DNA of 64,000 bases. Source: Candidatus Nanohaloarchaea archaeon (lineage in GTDB: Archaea > Nanohalarchaeota > Nanosalinia > Nanosalinales > Nanosalinaceae). Positions 28,239-35,983 of this stretch are shown here, one piece after another. Within the stretch, counting starts at the first letter, position 1, and each line of letters opens with the position of its first letter. The notes below the pieces were generated by a model. The model had not been told where the DNA came from. It did not search any database and saw only the letters and a program-made list of their open reading frames with translations. The stretch covers positions 32,001-96,000 of the forward strand of contig JBLGBN010000001.1 of assembly GCA_047617745.1 (NCBI GenBank), in the 5' to 3' direction. A program made the translations under genes and the position numbers.

Positions 28239-30509
28239 TCATACCTGCTGGTTCAGCCACTCCTGCCACCGGGCGAATATCCTTTCAGGATCCTGACTCC
28301 CGTACTCTTCTCCGACCTTTTCCGCCAGTATGTGGTATTTCTGGTTTGCCTTCACCACAAACTCTGCCTCAAGCAGCTCATCGTTGCCTGTTTCCTCTGC
28401 TCTCTCCACCAACTCTCTCTTCATCTTTTCTCTCAGCTTGATATTGTTCCAAACTGCCTCCCAGTCATTCTTCCATTCCCTTATGTTTTCCGCGATCCGG
28501 TTCAGAATCTCCGACTCGCCATTCTTCAGGGTGTCTGTCGGCACTAATTCGTCTTTATTCGAGTCGTAACGCATCAGATCGACAAAAGCACCTTCTTCCT
28601 GCGGATCATCAGTCCAGTCCTTTCTAACCTCTGTGATGCCGGTTACTCTCCTGTATGTTTCCAGGCCGTCCGGGCTCTGGATTTTGTTAACCGAGACAAT
28701 AATATCGGTCGCCTTGAAAGAGGTTCTTGGAACGTTCAGGTCGTTGACAACTCTGTCAAAAACAGAATAAGCTGACTCTCCGTGAATTGTTCCACCAACA
28801 AAGTTGGCTACAGCCCCGACACGCATAGCTTCGTAGAGCGTCTTGGCTTCATCGGATCTAACCTCTCCAATAACCAGAGCCGAGTCTCCTAATCTTAAAG
28901 AAGTTCTAATAGCTTCTTCAGCCGGTAGTTCATTCTCGACCTGCGTAATAACAGATCTAGACTTCATGGACTCGACGTTGAAACCTAGATCCTTCATCTG
29001 GCGGATTGGAAGTTCCATAGTGTCTTCAACAGTTACTATACGCTCTTTTTTCAGCAGTTCAAGCATTGAAGCTGATAATAGCGAGGTTTTACCTGCTCCT
29101 CTTGTACCTGCAAACAGAACTGATCGGTTGCCGTCAACTATAAACGATAGAAGCCCTGCGCCGAGCGGGTTGATGAAGTCCCGGTCTATGAAGAGAGGGA
29201 GTGTCCACGCCCGGGATCTGTGTCTCCTGAACGCGAACGCCAGTCCTTCCGGCGATAAGTTTTCCTGTATAATCGCGACTCTTGCCCGGCCGCCTGGGAC
29301 CTCTGTATCTGTATCGAGTACCGGGTTGGCTTCGTCCAATGGTCTGCCGGACTGTATCCTGAATCTGGTGGCCCAGGACTCGGCTTCCTCCTTTGTAGGT
29401 ATTAGGTTGGTCTCGCATTCCTCATATTCCTGGTGTTTAATGTAGATAGGCGAGTTACCAATAGGAGAGTTAATGAAGACGTCCTGAACCTTTGGATCCG
29501 CCAGCAGTAACTCAAGCACGCCTAGACCGGAAGTGTAACGGTTTAGTATCGATGTTAGCTGCTCTGATTCCTCTCTGGAGAGCTGTATATCCATCTGCTG
29601 GGCGATATCCCGTATCATATCCCGGCCGATGTTCTGGAATACCTGTCTCATTCTGTCGGGTCGTGCGAACTCACCGGACTCAGGTTGGTGAGATGCCAGA
29701 AATCTTCTGGCTGCATCCAGTAATTTGTATTTCTCTTCGGAAAGGTTGAACTCTGGCGGATTAACATGGTAAACGGGCTGAACCTGATCAGGTACATCGT
29801 AGACCGACACCTCTACATCGTTCCTTGATTCGTACCTGTCGATCTCCTCTCCTCTCTCTGGAGGGAGCGACATGAATTTCGTAAGCATGAAGTTTGGTCT
29901 AACCAGCGGATGGAAGAACTCTCTGTAGACCTCTCTGTCCCCTACATGGTGACCTGTTATAAATTCCTCGCTCTTTGCCTGGTCAATCATCTCGCAGTCC
30001 TCCAGCGTCTTCTTGACCGGTCGGATAACATCCTGTATAAAGTATTTCAGACATCTCTTCTTCTGGGGGTATGCTTCATTCATTTCCTGCTTGAGGTGTC
30101 TCTCTTTTCTTTTCAGCTGGACGTAACCCCCAATCGGGTCTTTTCGCAGCTGGTCAATAACTATCCTCTGAACATCAGGAAGGTGATCCTGGTACAGGCT
30201 CTCGCATTTATCTGTCCGGATGTTCTGTGACAGATATCCCTGTGAAGATATATCCCTTATTGCCTCGGAGATCTCCTTCAGCATTCTTACCTGCTCGTCG
30301 CCGTACTCGTAGTCACGGGACTCTGATAGTACTACTGAGGAGGCGTCAGGCACTTCCTGAAGTATATTGATAACTCTAGACATGACCTCAGGGTAATCCT
30401 CAATAGAAGCTCCATAGATTGAACCAAGCATGTTGACTTCTATCGTCCCACTCTCATCGTCGTATTCGTAGTCGAAAACGTCTTTGTCCTGTACGCTCAT
30501 ACCCAGCAT
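28239..30509 (-). CDS. Type IV pilus assembly ATPase (VirB11/TadA/ArlI family) with long N-terminal extension
   Basis: LLADPKVQDVFIN, Walker A GTRGAGKT, VEDTMEL, SLRLGDSALVIGEVR, GTIHG. Confidence 0.95.
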   Translation of the reverse strand: MLGMSVQDKDVFDYEYDDESGTIEVNMLGSIYGASIEDYPEVMSRVINILQEVPDASSVVLSESRDYEYGDEQVRMLKEISEAIRDISSQGYLSQNIRTDKCESLYQDHLPDVQRIVIDQLRKDPIGGYVQLKRKERHLKQEMNEAYPQKKRCLKYFIQDVIRPVKKTLEDCEMIDQAKSEEFITGHHVGDREVYREFFHPLVRPNFMLTKFMSLPPERGEEIDRYESRNDVEVSVYDVPDQVQPVYHVNPPEFNLSEEKYKLLDAARRFLASHQPESGEFARPDRMRQVFQNIGRDMIRDIAQQMDIQLSREESEQLTSILNRYTSGLGVLELLLADPKVQDVFINSPIGNSPIYIKHQEYEECETNLIPTKEEAESWATRFRIQSGRPLDEANPVLDTDTEVPGGRARVAIIQENLSPEGLAFAFRRHRSRAWTLPLFIDRDFINPLGAGLLSFIVDGNRSVLFAGTRGAGKTSLLSASMLELLKKERIVTVEDTMELPIRQMKDLGFNVESMKSRSVITQVENELPAEEAIRTSLRLGDSALVIGEVRSDEAKTLYEAMRVGAVANFVGGTIHGESAYSVFDRVVNDLNVPRTSFKATDIIVSVNKIQSPDGLETYRRVTGITEVRKDWTDDPQEEGAFVDLMRYDSNKDELVPTDTLKNGESEILNRIAENIREWKNDWEAVWNNIKLREKMKRELVERAEETGNDELLEAEFVVKANQKYHILAEKVGEEYGSQDPERIFARWQEWLNQQV

Positions 30510-30539
30510 TATTATTCAAGGTTTGCTACAATAAAAGAT

Positions 30540-31016
30540 GTGCCACAGCAGGATCTGTTAAACAGGATTGTTGACAGGGTCAACGACTTCAACAGAAGGA
30601 TCAGAGACCTTGAAGAAAAGGTCCGCAACCTTACAGCCAGAGTCAATACTCTCGACGACTCTCTTCTGGATAAGACAAATGACCTGCAGAACGATATACA
30701 GGAACTTGAAGATGATTTAGAGGAGATAAGGGACAGAATAGCGAATATGGAAGTCGATATCAAGGAATTAAACCGTGAGAAAAAGAAGTATGTAACCGAA
30801 CAGGAAATCGATGAGATAGAGAACTACATGGATTTGATGAACCCTATCCAGTCCTCCTTCGCAACTAAAAAGGAGGTTAAAGAAATAGTGAACAAGAGCA
30901 ACGGGGTTTCCGAGGAGAAAATCGAGGAAATAGTTGACAGAAAGATAAAAAGCAGAAGAACCAAACCAAATAATAAAAGAAGTTCCAAAACAAGTAGTGA
31001 GGAAGGACAAAAATGA
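30540..31016 (+). CDS. Coiled-coil protein, divergent from the pilus ATPase
   Basis: Continuous heptads then ENYMDLMNPI; GTG start. Confidence 0.75.
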   Translation: MPQQDLLNRIVDRVNDFNRRIRDLEEKVRNLTARVNTLDDSLLDKTNDLQNDIQELEDDLEEIRDRIANMEVDIKELNREKKKYVTEQEIDEIENYMDLMNPIQSSFATKKEVKEIVNKSNGVSEEKIEEIVDRKIKSRRTKPNNKRSSKTSSEEGQK

Positions 31017-31825
31017 AATTCCAGCTCTTCGGACGGCTCCGAGACAACCAGGAGGAAGAAGAAACCACGACTCAGGAAACAGGCTCTGGTTTCAACGACC
31101 AGGATGGAATATCTGATTTCGGAGGCGGCCTGCAGAGAACAGTTGAGAACCTGTTCGAACAGGGTTACTCCGAAGAGGAAGTAAGGCAGGAGCTTCAGGG
31201 ACAGTACTCCCGCGAAGAAGTGCAGGGAGCAATAAACCAGGCAGTTAAAACATCTGCCACAACACAGGAGGACGGACCGGAACCAATGACACCATACCAA
31301 GGAGAAAACGAAGACGTAAGCCCTATGGACGAAGGATTTAATGAAAACCAGCAGGATCAGGAACAGGGAATGAACCCTCAGCCTAACCCTCCTATGAATC
31401 AGCAGATGGGTCAACAGCAACCTCCAAATCAGGGAAATGGAAATGTTGAAGAATTAATTGAAACAATTGTAGCCGAGAACTTTGAAAGAGTTGAAAACGA
31501 ATTCGAAAATGTATACTCCGAAATTGACGAGATGAAGGAGCAGCTCGGAGAAATGGAAGACCGTATCCATGATCTTGAAGTTAGAGACGATGAAGATGAG
31601 ACGCAGGTTATCCAGAAGATGGATGAAATTGAAGATGATATTAACGAGTACCAGTCAAGGATCGGCGGTCTGGAGAAAGCCTTCCAGCAGGTTCTTCCAT
31701 CACTTGTTGACAATGTAAGAGATCTAACGCAGCTTGTACAGGAGATAAAACAGGAAAGAGGTATTGAAACAAGCTCAAACGTAGATCAAGATGATATTGA
31801 TGACATAGACATGGAAGAATGGTAA
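31013..31825 (+). CDS. Acidic protein: small helical domain, Q/P/N-rich linker, coiled coil
   Basis: GYSEEEVRQELQGQYSREEVQGA domain; ATGA overlap with upstream gene. Confidence 0.8.
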   Translation: MKFQLFGRLRDNQEEEETTTQETGSGFNDQDGISDFGGGLQRTVENLFEQGYSEEEVRQELQGQYSREEVQGAINQAVKTSATTQEDGPEPMTPYQGENEDVSPMDEGFNENQQDQEQGMNPQPNPPMNQQMGQQQPPNQGNGNVEELIETIVAENFERVENEFENVYSEIDEMKEQLGEMEDRIHDLEVRDDEDETQVIQKMDEIEDDINEYQSRIGGLEKAFQQVLPSLVDNVRDLTQLVQEIKQERGIETSSNVDQDDIDDIDMEEW

Positions 31826-31826
31826 A

Positions 31827-32351
31827 TTAGTCTTCTTCTCCTGATTCTCCTTTTGTTATCGCGACTATAACTCCCAGAAGGAATACCAGTGTGAGGATAG
31901 GCATTACAACCTGGTCAAAAGATTCTCCCTCAAATAGCTGAATTAGCGATTCGATCGGGAAGTCAAGCTGGAACTGTATTATTAGAACACCAATAAACGC
32001 TACTGCTCCGACACCCATTACTGTCTTGGCTATCGGGCTGTCCTTATCGAGTTCGTTCAGATCAACCCCTGCAATCGCGAGGAGAACCATCAAGCCTATT
32101 ATACCGAAGGCCGTGAAAGCCACTGCGGCAGCAAAGTGAGGGAATAAACCAGCAGGAACAAACAGGTACAGACCCCCAATAGATATGAATGCGACCGCAA
32201 CTGCAACCGTTGCGTTGATAGTATCTTCTTCAAACCAGTCGTATTTATCTAGAGCTCCATAGGTTACTGCTAAGACTAGTAGCCATGGAAAGAACAGCTG
32301 GAATACATCCATCTGCATCATCGTTTCAACAATCGTCTCGAAAGCTCCCAT
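31827..32351 (-). CDS. Multi-TM membrane protein, LPF..Y..L family paralogue
   Basis: MDVFQLFFPWLLVLAVTYGALDK...INATVAVAVAF; about 5 TMs. Confidence 0.8.
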   Translation of the reverse strand: MGAFETIVETMMQMDVFQLFFPWLLVLAVTYGALDKYDWFEEDTINATVAVAVAFISIGGLYLFVPAGLFPHFAAAVAFTAFGIIGLMVLLAIAGVDLNELDKDSPIAKTVMGVGAVAFIGVLIIQFQLDFPIESLIQLFEGESFDQVVMPILTLVFLLGVIVAITKGESGEED

Positions 32352-32361
32352 AATTTTTCAC

Positions 32362-32961
32362 CTATTCATCGCTGTCGTCCATCATTTGAGTCCACCACTC
32401 ATTGGAGAAGAATGGTCTGATCGTATCCTGAGTGCTGCCACTGCCGTCACTTGACACCCACCAAAGCGCTGCTCCTACAAGCAGTATCCATATCATGCCA
32501 GATTCAAGCGTCCAGCCGAGCATCGACTGTAACTGCATGCTCTGGAACGCAGGAAGGCTGACTCCTAGACCTCCTGATGTCGCGAAAGCAGATCCTGCAA
32601 CAGCCACCATCACCATCACTACCAGCGGCGTATTTAGACCTCCGTTCTCTCCAAGGTTGTAACCCGTGAATGCAAGCAGGATTAGCAGCCCTATGAAGCC
32701 CATAAGGCCAACGGTTAATTTACCGAAGAACTGTACGAAAAAGCCTTGGTAGGCCGGGTTGACAACTACAAATCTTGCCAGGAAAAATGCTCCAATTATA
32801 GCTATAAGCGCGGGAAAATTCTTGTCAGTATCGCTTATTACCGGTACCTCTCTCAAGCCAGCGTATAGAACCACATAGGTTAGAACAAATGGCAGGACCC
32901 CTGTGAAGAAGTCCATCTGGGCCATTGTCTGTAAAAGCTGGTTAAAGCCGGCTACAGCCAC
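32362..32961 (-). CDS. Multi-TM membrane protein, LPF..Y..L family paralogue
   Basis: MDFFTGVLPFVLTYVVLYAGLRE...ALIAIIGAF; about 5 TMs; GTG start with AGGTGA SD. Confidence 0.8.
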   Translation of the reverse strand: MAVAGFNQLLQTMAQMDFFTGVLPFVLTYVVLYAGLREVPVISDTDKNFPALIAIIGAFFLARFVVVNPAYQGFFVQFFGKLTVGLMGFIGLLILLAFTGYNLGENGGLNTPLVVMVMVAVAGSAFATSGGLGVSLPAFQSMQLQSMLGWTLESGMIWILLVGAALWWVSSDGSGSTQDTIRPFFSNEWWTQMMDDSDE

Positions 32962-32965
32962 TTAA

Positions 32966-33220
32966 CTATTCACCTTGCTCCATATACTCTCTGACATTTC
33001 TGTTTAGAAGCCATAGCTCTCTCCCAATAATCATTAGTGCAACCATTGTCACCCATGGAAATATAGCATCTCCAAGTGTGATGAAAGAGTAGTTCTGGCT
33101 CTGGAATAGAAGCAGGTCTAGCAGTACGACTATAAATCCAAATGACAGGAAGGCTATAACAAATTCGTCGACCCAGTTTTCGATCTCGTAAACGTATTCG
33201 TGGAATTTTTTATCAGTCAT
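32966..33220 (-). CDS. Small two-TM membrane protein
   Basis: Two TMs; AGGTGA SD. Confidence 0.75.
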   Translation of the reverse strand: MTDKKFHEYVYEIENWVDEFVIAFLSFGFIVVLLDLLLFQSQNYSFITLGDAIFPWVTMVALMIIGRELWLLNRNVREYMEQGE

Positions 33221-33231
33221 TGAGAAATCAC

Positions 33232-33330
33232 CTACATCATACCCATTCCGCCACGTCTTCTGCGGCTCATAGCTTTTCCAATTGCAAAACCGACAGCCAC
33301 TCCTATAACGAGGACAGTCGGGTTATTCAT
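33232..33330 (-). CDS. 32-aa single-TM micropeptide
   Basis: Manual translation MNNPTVLVIGVAVGFAIGKAMSRRRRGGMGMM; its stop overlaps the SD of the next gene. Confidence 0.7.
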   Translation of the reverse strand: MNNPTVLVIGVAVGFAIGKAMSRRRRGGMGMM

Positions 33331-33491
33331 AACACAGCTTAGTATTGGTCCTTCACATGCCACTTTTGCTCACTCTAGTACTAAATTCCGAATCGCCTTT
33401 TATATTACTTTTCTGCTGTCCTGTCCTAGCCGCGAATACAATAACTCTATTAGCACTTTACCTCCTTAGAGAGTCTTGTAGTTACGGCAAG

Positions 33492-34619
33492 TTAATCTCT
33501 ACTCTCCAAAACTGTAGAGATATAATCTACCTCAACTTTCCCGAGGTCGACATCCAGAGCATCTGAAATTCCATGTCCTGGATTTCCGTTATCCTCTAAA
33601 AGAACTGTTCTGCCGTCACCGGTTTCGATATAGTCTATGGCATGTATCCCTCCCATCCGGATTCCTGCCTGGTAAATCCTCTTTTCTCCGTTACTCATCT
33701 CCGAGGGTTTCACCTCCTGGACATAATCCCCGCCTTGGTGAGAGTTCTGGGGTCTCCATCCTGCCTCAATTTCCGGATGCTCTCGTCCGGCAACAAAGAC
33801 CTCGGAACCTGCAAAGTACATTCTCTTCTCTGCGGTTTCCGGGTCTGTTATGTCAATATATTCCTCGAACTCAACGTTTCTCTCAATCTCTTCTAGGGAA
33901 TAATTTTCTCCTAATACGTCTTCCAGATAATCATTTATTGCTTCTCCTTTCCCGTCAGGCTCGACTAGGCTCACGCCTTCTCCCTGATTTCTGTCCTGTG
34001 GTTTTGCTATTATTTTCTCACCGTTCCTCGCCTTTCTGTAGGCTTCCTCCACGCTGTAGGAGCCCGGTGTTTCAACGCCAAGAGAATCATAAAACCTCTT
34101 TGTAGCTCTCTTGTTCTCCATTACTCTCTTCGGACCGGTGCGGCCTATGAACTCCAGACCATGATCTTTCTCTAAGCTCTGGATGCTGTTCCAAATGTGG
34201 TTCTCGAAAAGTTCAAGCTCCCCAAAACCGTATGCGTTAGAAATTTCGCCGATAAAATCCCTATAATCCTCGTTCATTTTCTGGTAGTCCTCCTCTATGT
34301 TTGAGAAAAACGAGGAAGGTCTGATCCTCAGCAGAGAATCTTCAAGTTCTCCAGGGGATAAACCTCCTATCTTGATCTCCCCTTCTTCACCTAGCTCCAG
34401 ATCCGAAATCTGTACATTTTCGACATCATAACTGTTTTCCAGTCGGTCAACAGTTTCACTCCAACCTCCTCTATTTCTTCCAAATGAGACTATATCCGGA
34501 GATCCAGAGTTGGATGACCTGTCCTCAAAACCCTGAGCTGTAGCTGGCTCGGCAGTTTCAAATGTTGGGAAAACTAGTTTCCTCTGGGTTACCTTGCTCT
34601 TCTTAACCGAGGAAGACAT
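33492..34619 (-). CDS. ATP-grasp ligase, RimK-like
   Basis: MENKRAT, GVETPGS, IIAKP..NQGEGVSLV, FEEYI, NSHQGG, AIDYI, LLEDNGNPG (ExN motif). Confidence 0.85.
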   Translation of the reverse strand: MSSSVKKSKVTQRKLVFPTFETAEPATAQGFEDRSSNSGSPDIVSFGRNRGGWSETVDRLENSYDVENVQISDLELGEEGEIKIGGLSPGELEDSLLRIRPSSFFSNIEEDYQKMNEDYRDFIGEISNAYGFGELELFENHIWNSIQSLEKDHGLEFIGRTGPKRVMENKRATKRFYDSLGVETPGSYSVEEAYRKARNGEKIIAKPQDRNQGEGVSLVEPDGKGEAINDYLEDVLGENYSLEEIERNVEFEEYIDITDPETAEKRMYFAGSEVFVAGREHPEIEAGWRPQNSHQGGDYVQEVKPSEMSNGEKRIYQAGIRMGGIHAIDYIETGDGRTVLLEDNGNPGHGISDALDVDLGKVEVDYISTVLESRD

Positions 34620-34673
34620 AGTTACTATTCGAGAGTAAAAACTTAAATCCGCTAGGGTTCTGAAATATCCCGA

Positions 34674-35150
34674 TCAATCACTGTCTGCACCAGGACCTGA
34701 GGACATCATATGGTAGAACAGGAACAGCACCACGAGGAACAATCCTGCAATCGATACCAGCGCGAGACCCTGAAGTGCGTTTCTGATCATACCCCAGAAA
34801 GGCGAAGGTATCAGCATCGCTGTTACAACCAGCGACAGTAACATTGACTGTTTCCTAGCTCTTTTTCTCTCCCCTCCGCGGTTAGGGAAAGGTCCATCAT
34901 TCACTGCTAGCGTAAATCCAAGTATCTTGTAGAAAGCGAACTGCAGAATTACAGCGATAGCTATGAAAGGAGCAACAAGTTCCGTAGCTAACTCTCCCTG
35001 AGAATCATACTCAGGAATAGAATAGCCTTGGGCTACATCCTCCTGGTGACTTCCATAATAATGTGAACCGGACGCAGCACCAAGCATCCCTATACAGAAA
35101 AGAAGTACAACTGAGATTCTAGCCCAGGTCAAAGTCATCGTCTCCACCAC
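34674..35150 (-). CDS. Signal peptide plus three-TM protein, LPF..Y..L family paralogue
   Basis: ELVAPFIAIAVILQFAFYKIL...SMLLSLVVTAMLIP. Confidence 0.75.
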   Translation of the reverse strand: MVETMTLTWARISVVLLFCIGMLGAASGSHYYGSHQEDVAQGYSIPEYDSQGELATELVAPFIAIAVILQFAFYKILGFTLAVNDGPFPNRGGERKRARKQSMLLSLVVTAMLIPSPFWGMIRNALQGLALVSIAGLFLVVLFLFYHMMSSGPGADSD

Positions 35151-35379
35151 CTAGATCCATATCACCTGCTCCGCCGCCTCTAGTATGCTGCAGATAGGTT
35201 GGAATAACCTCATCAACCATGAAACCTGCAACTAGACCGGTAACAGAAATAACTATTATACGAGTCGCGAACTCAGATAGACCTATCATGGACTGAACCT
35301 GCCCGGTTATACCAAGCGAAACAATATAACCTGCAGCGCTTGCTACGGGAAAGGCGATGTATTTCCATGGATCGTTCAT
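35119..35379 (-). CDS. Small two-TM membrane protein with Gly/Asp tail
   Basis: Two TMs, tail GGGAGDMDLGGGDDDFDLG. Confidence 0.75.
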   Translation of the reverse strand: MNDPWKYIAFPVASAAGYIVSLGITGQVQSMIGLSEFATRIIVISVTGLVAGFMVDEVIPTYLQHTRGGGAGDMDLGGGDDDFDLG

Positions 35380-35431
35380 ATTAAATCAAATCGACGTTAT
35401 TGAATAAAAAATGAAGGATTGATGGGTGAAA

Positions 35432-35923
35432 TTAACCTTCTGGGGCACCAGCCCATCTTTGATACATTGTAGCTCCTTTCTCTATCTCGTTGATCAATCC
35501 GCTAATTTCTTCTAGATCCTTCTCTCCCTCTTTCTCGTCCTGTAAGTCCTTCTTCGACTTATTGTAGGCGTCTCTTACCTCTTGCAGAGCCTCTTCAATC
35601 CCTCTTAGAATCCTTTCAACCTTCTGTACTTCTGTTTCAAGCTGATTGGCGCTTCCTATACCCGCAGTCCTGTCTATAACCTTCTCTACCTGCTGGTGTA
35701 CCTGTGCGTGGGTTGAATTATCTACGTCGATCTCTCGGAAGTAAATAATCGCTCTCAGGACTTCATTTTCCTCTTCTAAGGCCTGCAAAGCACTTGCCAG
35801 TCTTTGCTCTGCATCTTTTTGCTCCTGTATTATCTGTTCCTCCATCTGCTCTTCTCTATCTAGATGGTTTATGAGATCTTTCATATCTTGAACGAAAGTT
35901 TGCATATCAACGTTTTCGACCAT
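35432..35923 (-). CDS. All-helical hairpin protein, paralogous to the C-terminal domain of 35984..38848
   Basis: RAIIYFREIDV...HAQVHQQVEKV...GIGSA shared with the upstream protein; AGGAGA SD. Confidence 0.85.
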   Translation of the reverse strand: MVENVDMQTFVQDMKDLINHLDREEQMEEQIIQEQKDAEQRLASALQALEEENEVLRAIIYFREIDVDNSTHAQVHQQVEKVIDRTAGIGSANQLETEVQKVERILRGIEEALQEVRDAYNKSKKDLQDEKEGEKDLEEISGLINEIEKGATMYQRWAGAPEG

Positions 35924-35983
35924 GTTTATCTCCTAAGAACCTATTAACGGTTTTTCTTTTTATTACCTTTGAATCTACACGGT

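Noticed and set aside
26090..30509. Archaellum (arlI/arlJ) assignment
   Set aside because: No ArlH, ArlF/G or archaellin genes adjacent; many small pilins fit a pilus instead
33398..33470. AAGGAGGT followed by a short GTG ORF on the minus strand
   Set aside because: SD-start spacing only about 3 nt, 18-codon product without features; region more likely holds the promoter for 33330
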